Source of the DNA: Candidatus Bathyarchaeota archaeon
GTDB taxonomy: Archaea; Thermoproteota; Bathyarchaeia; Bathyarchaeales; Bathycorpusculaceae
NCBI GenBank assembly: GCA_963768425.1
Contig: CAVYHV010000009.1
Location: 128,001 to 192,000 of the forward strand
Direction: 5' to 3'
Length of the DNA: 64,000 nt
The translations under genes were made by a program, and so were the position numbers. This document shows positions 50,894 through 61,476 of this stretch, in pieces; the first letter of the stretch is position 1; each line of letters begins with the position of its first letter. Under the pieces are notes generated by a model. The model was not told the origin of the DNA. It did no database searches and worked only from the letters and a program-made list of their open reading frames with translations.

Positions 50894-53613
50894 TTAACTG
50901 AGGTCTTTTGCCAAAAGTTCTCGTTGCCTGCGTTTTATCGTTTTTTTCGTGTAGACTAATGTGGCTGTCGTTGCAATCAATAGTGCGGATAGGTCGATAA
51001 TTGCTGAGGGCACCTCTGAAATCGTTGGTGTTGGTGAGGGAGTAGTGCCTGAAGGCTTTGCTGTTGGACTGGGATTTGAACCTGTTGTGCTTGTAGGTTG
51101 AGGCGAAAATGGTGGAGTTGTTAGGGTGGGAGTTGGCGTGGGAGTCGCTGTGCCGCCTGTAGATGAACCTTGCCAGAGGCAAAATCTCCGTAAATAGGCT
51201 CATAACTCAGATTCGGCGAATCCAAAATCGTAGGTAATGAATCATTGAACAAAAGAGCGCCATCAGGAATCGACGAATCCTGAAGATTACCAGCTATCCC
51301 CCATAAATCGATTCCAGGAGCTGACGTTGCCTCGCCGTTATTCCAGTTCTCGCCAATAGATCCAAACTGAAAACTGCTTGGTTCTGACCATTGTCCATTC
51401 ACTTGGAAACTCATGACCATGGGGATGCTTATGATATTGGTTATTGCAACGTTTCCGCCCCATGCTGTGAGGGTTTCAAGCCCAAGGTCTGCTCCTTCAT
51501 TGCATGTTGTTGTGGTGGTGTTGAATAGACCGCTTAAATTTGGTTCTGGTATGAGAGTATCGTTGACCACAAATTCCCATGTTGTATCTGAAACCAACGC
51601 CATAGTAAAGTTGTATGTATCTCCTGGAATCAGGGGGTAATTATAATCTGTGCCGCCTGGGTTGCCGAATATGTTTGAGAATATGCCCCAACCCGCATAT
51701 GACACGTTCATGCTGCCTGCCCAATTGTTGAAGCCTATTTGTGCCCACCATTCTTGGCCTGTTTGCGAATTGCTGTAGCCTTCTCCGACCCATATAGCGA
51801 GCGGAGTGGGTTGTGCGTATGTGGGTGCGACTAAAAGGAATGAGAGGCCAGTATTTACGGGTGTGCTGGTCGGACCGAAGTTGGCAGCGAATTGAGGCGG
51901 GTATGTAATTAATGACGCTGTTGCGTTTGTAATGTAGTTATTGTAAAAGTTGAACGCTATTAACGGACTGCCCGAAATCGGTGAAAAAGAAAGTGTTACT
52001 GAAAGACCGTCTGAAATAAAATTAATGTAACTGTAGCTGTTCGACCGGTTTACGACAATGTAGTTGGAAGATTCGCCTGTTATGTTTGTTGAGAGCAGTG
52101 TTTGCTCGTTTTGTGACACTTCGACGGCTACGGCTCCGTTCATGGCTCCGATGCTTATTGCTGTGGGGCCAGCTGGAGTATTCTGGATGAAGTTTTGAGC
52201 AGCGTTAACATTGGTATATGTTTGATAACGAATAGAAGTGGGGAAGTTTTGCGGAGGATAAATGAAGTCAGTGCCCCCAGTTAGGTTGAAAGATAGTGTC
52301 TGAGTAACGTTTGCTCCGTTGACGGTTAAAGCTCCGGATTCTTGAGCTATTGGAATGGTATACCCTGCAGGCGAAGAGATTGAAAAATCATAGGTGCCAT
52401 TGAACACGTTAAAAATGACAGAGTTCGTTGTGGAAGATTGGGTTTGTTCATTGAGGGTGACAGACCAATGGGTGCCTAATAGGAGCCCTGATTCTGTGAA
52501 GACCGCTTGATAAGTTTGCTGGGCGGCTGGCATGGTGACTGTGGGCATGATGTTGTTCGGAGGTAACGCTCTGACTCTGCTCCACTGAACGTTTATCCCG
52601 TTGTTTGCTGAGTCAAATCCTACAGAGGCTGGGTAGTCTGGGTAGTTCGTGGTGAGAGGCTGCGTTGAAGTCCCGATTGAATCGTCCAGATACTGAATTG
52701 AAGACGTTGGGCTGAGGACTTCAACAGTGTAAACGCCTGGAATGCCTTCAGAGTTCGCGAGTGAACCAAAGACATTTCCGACGCTGTTTGATTCCCCGTT
52801 GATAGTGTTCCACTGGTCGGGGTAGGTTTTTCCGCCAGCTAGTCTTATGAAGGCGCCGGCGTATCCTGGACCGCCAGGTTGGGTGGGTAATGATTCTTGG
52901 AGGTTGAAGTATCCTACGTTGCAGACGTCGCCTATGGATGTGACTGCGGCGTCGAAAGCTGTTCCAGGCCCAAACGTGGAAGAAGAGAGTACATATCCTG
53001 GGCCTTGGTTGGCGTAGTTTATGGTCAACCCGTTGTTGACTTGGTAGTTACCTGAGCCCAAGTTAACGCTCCATTGGGCGCTCAACGTGGTACCGGCAAA
53101 GTTGTCATAAAATGGGAATACATCGGCGCCGTCATCGTACTGACCATACGCCGGGCTCAACTGGGGAGCTTCGCCTGTTGTTTGAGCGTTAAAAAGGGTC
53201 GTCGATAAAGAGGCAAAGCCCATGTAGACTGTAACGCTTGAGCTTGCAGGAATTCCGGAGGAAAGTTTTAGCCAATATACTGTGTTTGTTGCGCCGTTGC
53301 TGTTTCCAGATTGGAGCCAGCTTGGAATTAATGAACCAGAGGCATCGAAAAATTCGATATTTTGCAGATTTGGCGTCTCATAAGGAGCGTACGAAGCGCT
53401 GTCTACGATTATCTCCTGCTGGAAAGGAGAAGAGGTCGCTACCGACTGAGAATTGGTTAAAGTAACTGGAACAGAATAAACTATGCCTGCAGGGTTAGAA
53501 ACCGATTGGGCAAAACGGACACTTACGCTTCCAGCCGAAAACAGACATAGCGCAATCAGAGCAACTAAGACGGTTTTATGTAGAGAGTTCTTTTTCAAGG
53601 CAGACAACGCCAA
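50894..53613 (-). CDS. Secreted multidomain surface protein (DUF2341-like N-terminus, thermopsin-type linker domain, concanavalin-like domain), frameshifted near 51172 before the anchor
   Basis: N.EFFD..G..IPSW..VYWLKL and VFTESGL..GT.WSVTLN. An alternative frame gives GSSTGGTATPTP...PTISEVPSAIIDLSALLIATTATLVYTKK...LS* ending at 50894. Confidence 0.75.
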
Positions 53614-53758
53614 AAGATATGCCCCTATGACTTTAAAAGCTTAAAGCGGTTGCCGGCTGTGGCGTTTGCAAGGATCGCTGGCTCCGATCTTTTTCAAATA
53701 AATTGTTGGATTTTGGAGTAATATAGTGGTCCCCCCTCCTCCTTCTTGTGTGTACAAG

Positions 53759-53810
53759 CCGACCGGTCGGTCAATGTCAATACATTTTGTTGATACATTT
53801 TGTTGATACA
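53759..53810. promoter_or_regulatory. Palindrome plus 13-bp tandem repeat in a divergent promoter region
   Basis: ccgaccggtcgg at 53759-53770, and atacattttgttg x2 plus ataca at 53780-53810. Confidence 0.45.
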
Positions 53811-53963
53811 GTCTAGACGGGCGTTGCCCAAAGTGTTGTCTCCCCTTCGTTTTCGCCTGAAGCTTTATGTTTATTTCAAGATTTGTGGGCTATGGCAAAT
53901 AACCTAACGGTGCGCTCAATCGGTTTATGGAAAACAATATTAGTTTTAAGTTTGAAACGTTGA

Positions 53964-54914
53964 ATGAGTATCATGAGTAAGCGTCGTAGAAGTGTTCTTG
54001 TTACTGGGGGTGCAGGTTTTCTCGGTTCGCATCTGGTTCCGCAGTTGCTCAAATTAGGTTACTCGGTGACTGTGTTGGATAATTTGTCTAACGGAAAGCT
54101 TGCGAATCTTGCAGCGGTAACTGGCAATCCCAAGTTTATGTTTCGTCGCGGAGACATACTTGATAGAACCCTTTTGAATGAGGTTTTTGAGGGTGTTGAT
54201 TCTGTTGTTCATCTTGCCGCCTTGATCGATATCTCAGCTTCTGTTGCTGATCCACGCCAGACTCATGAAGTTAACGTAGATGGAACGTTTAACCTGCTAC
54301 ATGGAGCTATCAAACATAGCGTGAAGAAGTTTGTTTTTGCTTCATCAACAGCTGTTTACGGCGACGTAAAGAGTTTGCCCGTTCAAGAAAATGTTGCCCT
54401 TCACCCGATTTCTCCATACGCTGCTTCAAAAGTCGCAGGTGAAGCATACTGCAACGCTTTTGCAAGTTGCTTTGGGCTTGAGACAGTTGCTTTGAGGTTC
54501 TTCAACGTTTACGGTTTAAGAAGCGGCGACAGTCCTTACAGCGGTGTCATCACAAAGTTTCTCCACAAAATCATAAACGGCGAAGCTTTAACTATTGACG
54601 GCGACGGAGAACAAACCAGAGATTTCATACATGTAAGCGACATCATCAAAGCCGTAGTCTTAGCGTTAGAGCAGAACAGATTGAAAGGCGAGATTTTTAA
54701 CGTCTGCACCGGTGTGCCAACAAGCATTAATCAGCTTGCTGCCACTTTGAAGACGGTTACTGGAAAAAACCCAAACGTTAACCATGGACGTGCAAGGTTA
54801 GGTGACATACGAAACAGCTACGGCGACCCCGCTTTGGCAGCCGAGAACTTGGGTTTCAAAGCAACTGTTGACTTAACAAGGGGGTTACAGATGTTGCTTG
54901 GAGAAGGCGCTTAA
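53964..54914 (+). CDS. UDP-glucose/GlcNAc 4-epimerase family SDR
   Basis: TGGAGFLG, ASSTAVYG, YAASK, RFFNVYG and GDGEQTRDF. Confidence 0.9.
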   Translation: MSIMSKRRRSVLVTGGAGFLGSHLVPQLLKLGYSVTVLDNLSNGKLANLAAVTGNPKFMFRRGDILDRTLLNEVFEGVDSVVHLAALIDISASVADPRQTHEVNVDGTFNLLHGAIKHSVKKFVFASSTAVYGDVKSLPVQENVALHPISPYAASKVAGEAYCNAFASCFGLETVALRFFNVYGLRSGDSPYSGVITKFLHKIINGEALTIDGDGEQTRDFIHVSDIIKAVVLALEQNRLKGEIFNVCTGVPTSINQLAATLKTVTGKNPNVNHGRARLGDIRNSYGDPALAAENLGFKATVDLTRGLQMLLGEGA

Positions 54915-54926
54915 CGGGTTTGGGGG

Positions 54927-56876
54927 TTGCTACCAATTAGGAATTTATTTTCTGCTCGTGTTTGTCGTTTGGGCGGGTGGTTAGTTTGGCTAGTTTGGGC
55001 GGCGCTTGGTTTATGCCTGGCGTATTTGTTGTTTTATCTGGCTAGTTATTTCGGTTTGTCTTTTTTTGTTTTGTCTAACAGGGGGATGGTGGAGCATGTT
55101 GTAAGTGGTAGCCTGGTTTCGGTCTCTTGGGACGTTGGGGTTTGGAGTGTTGCTTTATTTATCGTTTTGGCTTGGCTTTTTTACGCTTTAGGTTTCCGTT
55201 CAATCGCACGGTTTTATCGGTTGTTTGTCAGCTTTGCACTGTTCGGCTTGGCTATTTGGGTTTTTTTGGTTGTTTTTGGGTTAGTTAGTTTGGCATCTTT
55301 AGCTTTCGTGAGTATTTTGGTTATTGCTTTTTGTATTGCGTTTTCTTTTAGGTTTTTTGGGGTTTCTCGCTTTGGCTTATTCTTGCGTTTGTTGTTTGGT
55401 GCTGTTTTGGTTGTTTCTTTTTTTGAGGTGGCTGCTTTAGCTTTGTTTAATGTTCCAGTTGCCTTGAATTTAGGGTTTGGCGCCATTGGCTTGCATTGGG
55501 ATAATGTTGAGCTGAGTTTTTCGAATTTGGCTTATCCTTTTTTGCCCTATATGTATTTGCTGTTTGTTTTCTTGGGTATTGCTGCTTATGTTGTCAAGGT
55601 AGTGTCTACTGAGCGGTTAGTTGCGAGAATCAGGGGTAAGCGGTTTGTTGAGTTTCTTCATCGTTTGAGCAGTCCGTTTCGGTCAAGTTTAGATGGCGGG
55701 TTGGACTTTTTGGGTGGTCGTTTTGTTCTTATTTTGGCTGTGGTGGTTTCGGCTGTTGTTTCTTGTTTATTTGTTGTTTTTACTGTTTTGCCTTGGACTA
55801 ACCCGACTAACATGTTGGTGAGCGTTGATTCGCCTAGTTATTATCAGTGGATTGTTTACATGCACAGCGTTAATGTTAATTCCGCTTTGTCTTTCGCTTT
55901 TGCCAATGATAGGGCTTTGTTTTTGGTTTTGGCTTATGCTCTGTCTTTTTTTGCTTCACCGTTAACCGTTGTTCAGTTAGTTGCTGCTTTGTTGATTGTT
56001 CTGTTTGCTGTTGTTTCGCTGTTTGTTTTGAGGTTGGTTTACAATTTTCGTGCAGCCTGGGTTTTTGGTGTTTTGCTTGTGCCTTTTTCTTTTCAGTCTT
56101 TAGGTTTGATTTATTCTGGCTATTTTGCCAACATGTTAGCGTTGATTTTGGTCCTTGTTTATGTAATCTTGTTTTTCAGGGTGCTTGATTCATGGTCAAG
56201 TTTGGGTTTTTTTGCTTTGCTGGGCGTGTCTGTGCTCATTTTGTTTTCACATTCTTGGACTTGGTTTGTTTTTGCGTTTTCGCTGGCGGCTTTCTTGCTT
56301 TTGGAGTGGCGTCTAGCTGTACGTGATAGGCGTTTGTGGAATCGGTTTACGTTGAAGGCTACTTTCGTTGCCGCTACTGTTGGGGTTGGATTGGTTTGTG
56401 ATCTTCTTCGAGGACTATTATCATCCGTTTCACCCGCAACTTCCGTTCTTGATACTGCACAGACAAGTCTGGGGCTTCCCAATGCAGGATACCTTTTGAG
56501 TGGATTTCGAGAAACTATCGATTTTGTTTTAGGCGGCGTTTTTGCCAATCAACTGCTTGTTTTGCTTTCAGTTGTCGGGTTCTTACTTTTGTTGAAGTTC
56601 AAGTCTGAGGTGTCGAATTTTTTTGTTTCGTGGATTTTTGTCGCTTGCGCCGCAATTTTGTTTGCGGCACAGAATTTAGTTTTCGATAGGTTCTTGTTCT
56701 TGATGCCTTGGGTGGTTTTGTCCAGTTTAGGGCTGTTTTATGTCGTTAGTTTTGTTAATTCTCAGTTTAGGGGCTGGACGGGTAAGCGATTTTTTGTTTT
56801 GTTGATTTTGGTTTTCGTTTTCTTGGTCCTTTTGAATGGGAGTTTGAGGTACCTTTTTAATATCAATATCGGGTAG
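54927..56876 (+). CDS. Polytopic membrane protein (possible GT-C fold in C-terminal half)
   Basis: More than 15 hydrophobic segments, an SVDSPSYY loop, H.WTW and DRFL motifs. Confidence 0.6.
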   Translation: MLPIRNLFSARVCRLGGWLVWLVWAALGLCLAYLLFYLASYFGLSFFVLSNRGMVEHVVSGSLVSVSWDVGVWSVALFIVLAWLFYALGFRSIARFYRLFVSFALFGLAIWVFLVVFGLVSLASLAFVSILVIAFCIAFSFRFFGVSRFGLFLRLLFGAVLVVSFFEVAALALFNVPVALNLGFGAIGLHWDNVELSFSNLAYPFLPYMYLLFVFLGIAAYVVKVVSTERLVARIRGKRFVEFLHRLSSPFRSSLDGGLDFLGGRFVLILAVVVSAVVSCLFVVFTVLPWTNPTNMLVSVDSPSYYQWIVYMHSVNVNSALSFAFANDRALFLVLAYALSFFASPLTVVQLVAALLIVLFAVVSLFVLRLVYNFRAAWVFGVLLVPFSFQSLGLIYSGYFANMLALILVLVYVILFFRVLDSWSSLGFFALLGVSVLILFSHSWTWFVFAFSLAAFLLLEWRLAVRDRRLWNRFTLKATFVAATVGVGLVCDLLRGLLSSVSPATSVLDTAQTSLGLPNAGYLLSGFRETIDFVLGGVFANQLLVLLSVVGFLLLLKFKSEVSNFFVSWIFVACAAILFAAQNLVFDRFLFLMPWVVLSSLGLFYVVSFVNSQFRGWTGKRFFVLLILVFVFLVLLNGSLRYLFNINIG

Positions 56877-56970
56877 CGTTTTTTGTTTTTACGGCAAATA
56901 CGCATTTAGCTTTATAAAAAAACCTTTTAAGTAACTCAGTTGATATAGCTGAAATAGTAGGGAAAGTAAA

Positions 56971-58062
56971 ATGATTAGTAAATCAAAATTATTAGTAATC
57001 TCGGTAGTTACTGTTCTGTTGCTTTCATTATCTCTTAGTTTGGCTGGAGCACAATATACAACTTCTCAAAGTACCGATGTAACTATTGATTCTGGTGGGA
57101 CGTTCACTGGGAGTTCACCTACTGCCGGTGTTTCGTATGTAATCCAGGGAACCCCCGGTGCCACAGGGACTGTTACCGTTGATTCTTACAGTGGCAATCC
57201 GCAACCTACTGCCTCTATTCCAAGTGGGGATACGTTGAAAGATTTCATAGCGATTACTTTCAACGTGAATGCAACTGATTTCTCGTCGGCGACAGTGACA
57301 ATAAACTACACATCCAGTGATGTTCAAAATCTTCAGTCGCCGTACGCGGTTTTCAAGTACGTGGCTTCTTCGAATAGCTACGTAAAGTTGCTTTCCACTG
57401 TAGATACAAATGCGAAGACCATATCGGTTAGCTTGAATAGCATTACCGATCCTGTGCTTGCGATTGGCGGCGCCAAAACTGCAAGTGCTGGTGGTGGTGT
57501 TTCCGGTGCATTGTGGGCTGTACTGATAGTTATTGTAATCGTTGTCGTGGCCGCGGCTGCGTTCATAGTTATCCGTAGGCGTCCATGGGCGAAGATAGAA
57601 GTTATTGATACCCGTTCGCGTCATCCATCAACCAGAATGGACATAAATTTTCTAAATGATTCAGCGAATCAAAAAACTACTTTGCCACCTGAAGCAGAGT
57701 CGTCAAACGTCAAAGTGGAAGATAAACCTCAAACTGTTATTCCAACGGATCAGAAAATCGAAAACCAAGAAAGTGAATCTGCGAATGCGGCTATGGCGCA
57801 AAGCCTCAATTTACCGCCTGAACCTCAGCTGCCAGAAGTAAATGTTGAAGAGAAACAACCCGTTTCGGCAACTGAACAAAACGTCGATACCTTAGTGAAA
57901 GAAACACCACAGCCCGAACCGCTAAACATGAATGCCCAAGATACGCCTCAAACTGCACCTCCAAATGACATTAATGTCCCGTCTCAAAACATGAACGCTG
58001 GAAAGAAAACCCAAGCAGCCACTACAAGAAGAAAGAAAAACAGAAAGCGAAATAATCGGTAA
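56971..58062 (+). CDS. Single-pass membrane protein: extracellular beta domain, TM, acidic disordered cytoplasmic tail and basic C-terminus
   Basis: Signal peptide, PGF-pre-PGF-like segment (ATVTINYT..VDTNAKTI), TM, P/E/Q-rich tail and RRKKNRKR. Confidence 0.7.
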   Translation: MISKSKLLVISVVTVLLLSLSLSLAGAQYTTSQSTDVTIDSGGTFTGSSPTAGVSYVIQGTPGATGTVTVDSYSGNPQPTASIPSGDTLKDFIAITFNVNATDFSSATVTINYTSSDVQNLQSPYAVFKYVASSNSYVKLLSTVDTNAKTISVSLNSITDPVLAIGGAKTASAGGGVSGALWAVLIVIVIVVVAAAAFIVIRRRPWAKIEVIDTRSRHPSTRMDINFLNDSANQKTTLPPEAESSNVKVEDKPQTVIPTDQKIENQESESANAAMAQSLNLPPEPQLPEVNVEEKQPVSATEQNVDTLVKETPQPEPLNMNAQDTPQTAPPNDINVPSQNMNAGKKTQAATTRRKKNRKRNNR

Positions 58063-58273
58063 ACTTAGCCTTGCAAATCTTTCCAACTCCCAAATCGTGC
58101 CCTAAAACGTAAAAAACCGGCCTAAAATAGGCAGCATTTCTTTTTTGAATTAGTTAGAAGTATTTGGGCACTATTTCGTTCACTTGACTTTATCCTTACT
58201 TTTCCTATGCCTCAGATAGGCTTAAGACTAGCTAGTGTTCTTCAACCCGCAGCTTGTCCATTCTGGCTATTGA

Positions 58274-59356
58274 TCAAGCAATTAATGGGGTTCTCTGGAC
58301 TAATGCGTTTACGGCATCAGCCAATGCGTTAGCTGCTGCTTGCCTTGCCTCTATAGACGTGTCGGTTTCCAGTTGTTCAAGCTCTTTATGTAAACTTTCC
58401 ACTTGACTTGTAAGATCCTGTTTCTTTTTCTCATATTTATCATGAAGCTTATCTTGTTCACCGTTAAACCTGCTCTGTACCGCTTCCAACTCGTTCTCCG
58501 CAGATTGCAGATCTTTTTTTGCTTGAGCAAGTTTATCCGCAGTTCTCTTCTTGAACATCTTGTTTTTCGTATCTTCCTGTATTCTTATGTCACTCATCAA
58601 CTCGCGGATTCGGTATAGTAGAGGTTCAGTCTCCAGGTCTTTCTTGAGGCTCATCGCTCTCGATTTTTCAGAATACTCTTTGTCGGCTTCCACAAGGAGA
58701 TGATTGTAGTCGGCTAAAGATTTCGTAACTTCCCTTATTTTTAACTCTTCAACCTTTTTCTGGGCCAAAACGCATTCAATATCTTGGAAGATCTGCGAAC
58801 GATCCTTAACAAACTGCTCGTCCACCGCTATAGGTGAATTCGACTCAAACTCCGAAACGACTAACCTTAGATTAACTAGCCAATCGTCAAAATACTGATC
58901 AAAAGGCGAACCTGCAAAAACCTGACAGCCCAGCTTGTTCGATGCATCAAGCATTTTTTCCACAAGCTCCTTTACTTCAATAACATTCTTTTCCTTGAGA
59001 AGATCGGTTGGTGGTTGTGGGTTCTCGATTTCCATGGGTTTATCTTCGAGGATATCGTTTGGCGGCTGTGGTGTCTCGACTTCCATGGGTTTTTCTTCGA
59101 TTAGATCGGTTGGTGGTTGTGGGTTCTCGATTTCCATGGGTTTATCTTCGAGGATATCGTTTGGCGGCGGCTGCATTTTCTCCGTTTCCATCAGGGCTTT
59201 AACTGACTGAATATCGTCTCTTAACGATTCAATTTCGTCTGCTAGAGCATTAGCTTTAGCGTCAGCCATCTCTTTTAGTTCTTTAACTTCAGCCAGAAGG
59301 CTTAGCTTTTCCGCCTCTAGGTTTTTTATTTTGGTGACTTTCTCTTTAATGCTCAT
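58274..59356 (-). CDS. Coiled-coil protein with internal 17-aa acidic Pro-rich repeats
   Basis: Heptad E/K/L-rich segments and alternating PPNDILEDKPMEIENPQ/PPTDLIEEKPMEVETPQ units. Confidence 0.7.
   Translation of the reverse strand: MSIKEKVTKIKNLEAEKLSLLAEVKELKEMADAKANALADEIESLRDDIQSVKALMETEKMQPPPNDILEDKPMEIENPQPPTDLIEEKPMEVETPQPPNDILEDKPMEIENPQPPTDLLKEKNVIEVKELVEKMLDASNKLGCQVFAGSPFDQYFDDWLVNLRLVVSEFESNSPIAVDEQFVKDRSQIFQDIECVLAQKKVEELKIREVTKSLADYNHLLVEADKEYSEKSRAMSLKKDLETEPLLYRIRELMSDIRIQEDTKNKMFKKRTADKLAQAKKDLQSAENELEAVQSRFNGEQDKLHDKYEKKKQDLTSQVESLHKELEQLETDTSIEARQAAANALADAVNALVQRTPLIA
59000..59170. repeat. 51-bp tandem units with a 102-bp higher-order period
   Basis: agatcggttggtggttgtgggttctcgatttccatgggtttatcttcgaggatatcgtttggcggc occurs twice. 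Confidence 0.85.
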
Positions 59357-59437
59357 TTTCCATCCTTCCCCGACACTAGTCTATTTTGTTGTTTTACACT
59401 TAAAACTTTTGCAAAAACCGCTAAACGAAACGCCGAA

Positions 59438-59635
59438 TCAAGCAGAATTCGTTTTTTCCGTTCCCATCAGGGTTTTAAGCGACTGAACATCGTCTCTTAA
59501 CGATGCAATATCGTCTGCTAGAGCGTTAGCTTTAGCGTCAGCCAAATCGTTTAGTTCTTTGACTTCAGCCAGAAGCCTTTGTTTTTCAGTCTCTAGGTTT
59601 TTTATTTTGGTGACTTTCTCTTTTAGGCTACTCAT
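59438..59635 (-). CDS. Small coiled-coil protein, paralog of the N-terminus of 58274-59356
   Basis: KEKVTKIKNLE.EK..LLAEVKEL...ADAKANALAD.I.SLRDD is shared; the upstream region is also duplicated. Confidence 0.7.
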   Translation of the reverse strand: MSSLKEKVTKIKNLETEKQRLLAEVKELNDLADAKANALADDIASLRDDVQSLKTLMGTEKTNSA

Positions 59636-59975
59636 TTTCCGTTCTACCCCGACACTAGTCTATTTTGTTGTTTTGCACTTAAAACTTTTGCAAAAACCGC
59701 CAAAAAAAACGCCGATTCAAAAAGAGCAATCCGGACAACGCGCAACAAACTACTGTTTTGTGTACGTCGTGATGCGTCGATAAGGGTTTCGAATGACCTC
59801 TTCAAGGCAATATGATTATGTTTGAACAGACCCTCTTTCTTTTTCTTCATTTGTTGACTTGCATCGTTCGTGCATAGATCTGGTAGCGGTCAATTGTTTT
59901 TTGGAAGAGTTATGAATGCGAAAGTTTTTTATGCTTATCGCATGGGAATGTCATTATGAGTTGGGGTTGAAGGTG

Positions 59976-60359
59976 ATGGGAAAACATGATGGTTTTCCAT
60001 CTGTTGGAATGCTTGCTCAAGCCAAAAAACTTGCGTTAAGGCGCGGTGTTTGGTTTAGATCTCTTAACCGGGTTGAGCGAGCAATTGTAGATCTCACCTT
60101 GCAATGCGTTGACTGCGTCAAAAGCGTAATGCTGGCCAAATTGCTGACGGCCATAATGGGAAAGTTGGAGTTTGCGATGGAGAGTACACTTGAGCGGTTG
60201 GTGAGAACTATCGGCGTTTCTTTAGCTGGGAAAATCAGTTGCGTAGCAGCGGGTTGGGGCAATGTTTCTGCAAAGCGTTGGGCCTCTGATTTGTCATTTG
60301 CGAATTTCTTGGCTGCGATGCATCTGAGTAATAGTTTCGGGCTGCGTTTGAGGAGCTAA
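59976..60359 (+). CDS. Conserved hypothetical basic protein
   Basis: KKLALRRGVWFRSLNRVER..DLT and A.GWGN..A..W motifs recalled from Bathyarchaeia genes upstream of GT2 genes; ATG 59976. Confidence 0.55.
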   Translation: MGKHDGFPSVGMLAQAKKLALRRGVWFRSLNRVERAIVDLTLQCVDCVKSVMLAKLLTAIMGKLEFAMESTLERLVRTIGVSLAGKISCVAAGWGNVSAKRWASDLSFANFLAAMHLSNSFGLRLRS

Positions 60360-60499
60360 GTGTTGACGGGTAAATTTTTGAAGGCTCAGGTTACGGTCAG
60401 GGCAGACTTTGCTTTCGGTTTTTTGTATAAGCGATTGGTTAAAGATGCCTATGCCTTTAGAATTATTGATAATTTTTTCGAGCCCTAGAAAATTGGCAG

Positions 60500-61456
60500 T
60501 TGGCTAAATTGGTTGAAATTGGCGATGTCAGGGAATTATTAGATAGGATAGATGTGCTTGTCGTTGCTGGTATTCCAGCTTACAATGAAGAGAAGACCAT
60601 CGCCAGTGTAGTTTTGGGAGCTCAGAAGTATGCGCATATTGTTGTTGTGTGTGATGATGGTTCGACGGATTTGACTGGGGAGATTGCGGAGCGTTTGGGC
60701 GCTGTGGTCGTTCGTCACGAACAAAATGCTGGTTACGGTGCGGCTATTCAGAGTTTGTTTGGCGGGCGCGGGCTTTGAAGGCTGATGTATTTGTTACGTT
60801 GGATGGGGATGGGCAGCATGATCCTGCTGAGATTCCGCGGCTAGTTAAGCCTATAGAAGACGGCGTTGCAGAAGTGGTTTTAGGCAGCAGATTCATGGAT
60901 AAGCAAGGAACCGCTAATATGCCGGCATACAGGCAATTTGGCGTGAAAGTAATCACAACCCTTAGCCAATGGCTCAGGAAAAAACGGTGTTAGCGATGCT
61001 CAGAGCGGTTTTAGAGCCTACAGCAAACGTGCCATGGATCAATTGGGAGCCATTTCTGAGAACGGGATGAGTGCCAGCATTGAACTGCTACGTGCAGCCA
61101 AAAAAACCGATTTAAGAATCTGCGAAGTGCCTATCTCATGCAAATATGCAGACAACGTTGGAGTAAAAACGTCAACCGAAAACGCAGCCAAACACGGCAT
61201 AGGTCTTCTAATGTCGTTAGTTAAGCTTGTTGTCGAAGATAGACCTCTTGTATTTCTTGGAATACCCGGTATGATGTCTATCGCTTTAGGTACATTGTTT
61301 GGAGTTTGGATGATGAGTCTTTATGCCTCCACCCATGCCATAGTAACGAATATCGCTTTGGCATCAATTGCCTTTATTTTGATAGGTTTCTTCTTGATTT
61401 CAACAGCTATAACACTTTATGCCATAACGCGTTTGTCAAAAAAATTCAAGCAATAA
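60500..61456 (+). CDS. GT2 glycosyltransferase (DPM-like, C-terminal TMs), two frameshifts
   Basis: PAYNEE, DDGSTD, then DGDGQHDP, GSRF, then DAQSGFRAY and two TMs, spread across three ORFs. Confidence 0.82.
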
Positions 61457-61476
61457 CTTGGAAGTGAGGTTTAGAA

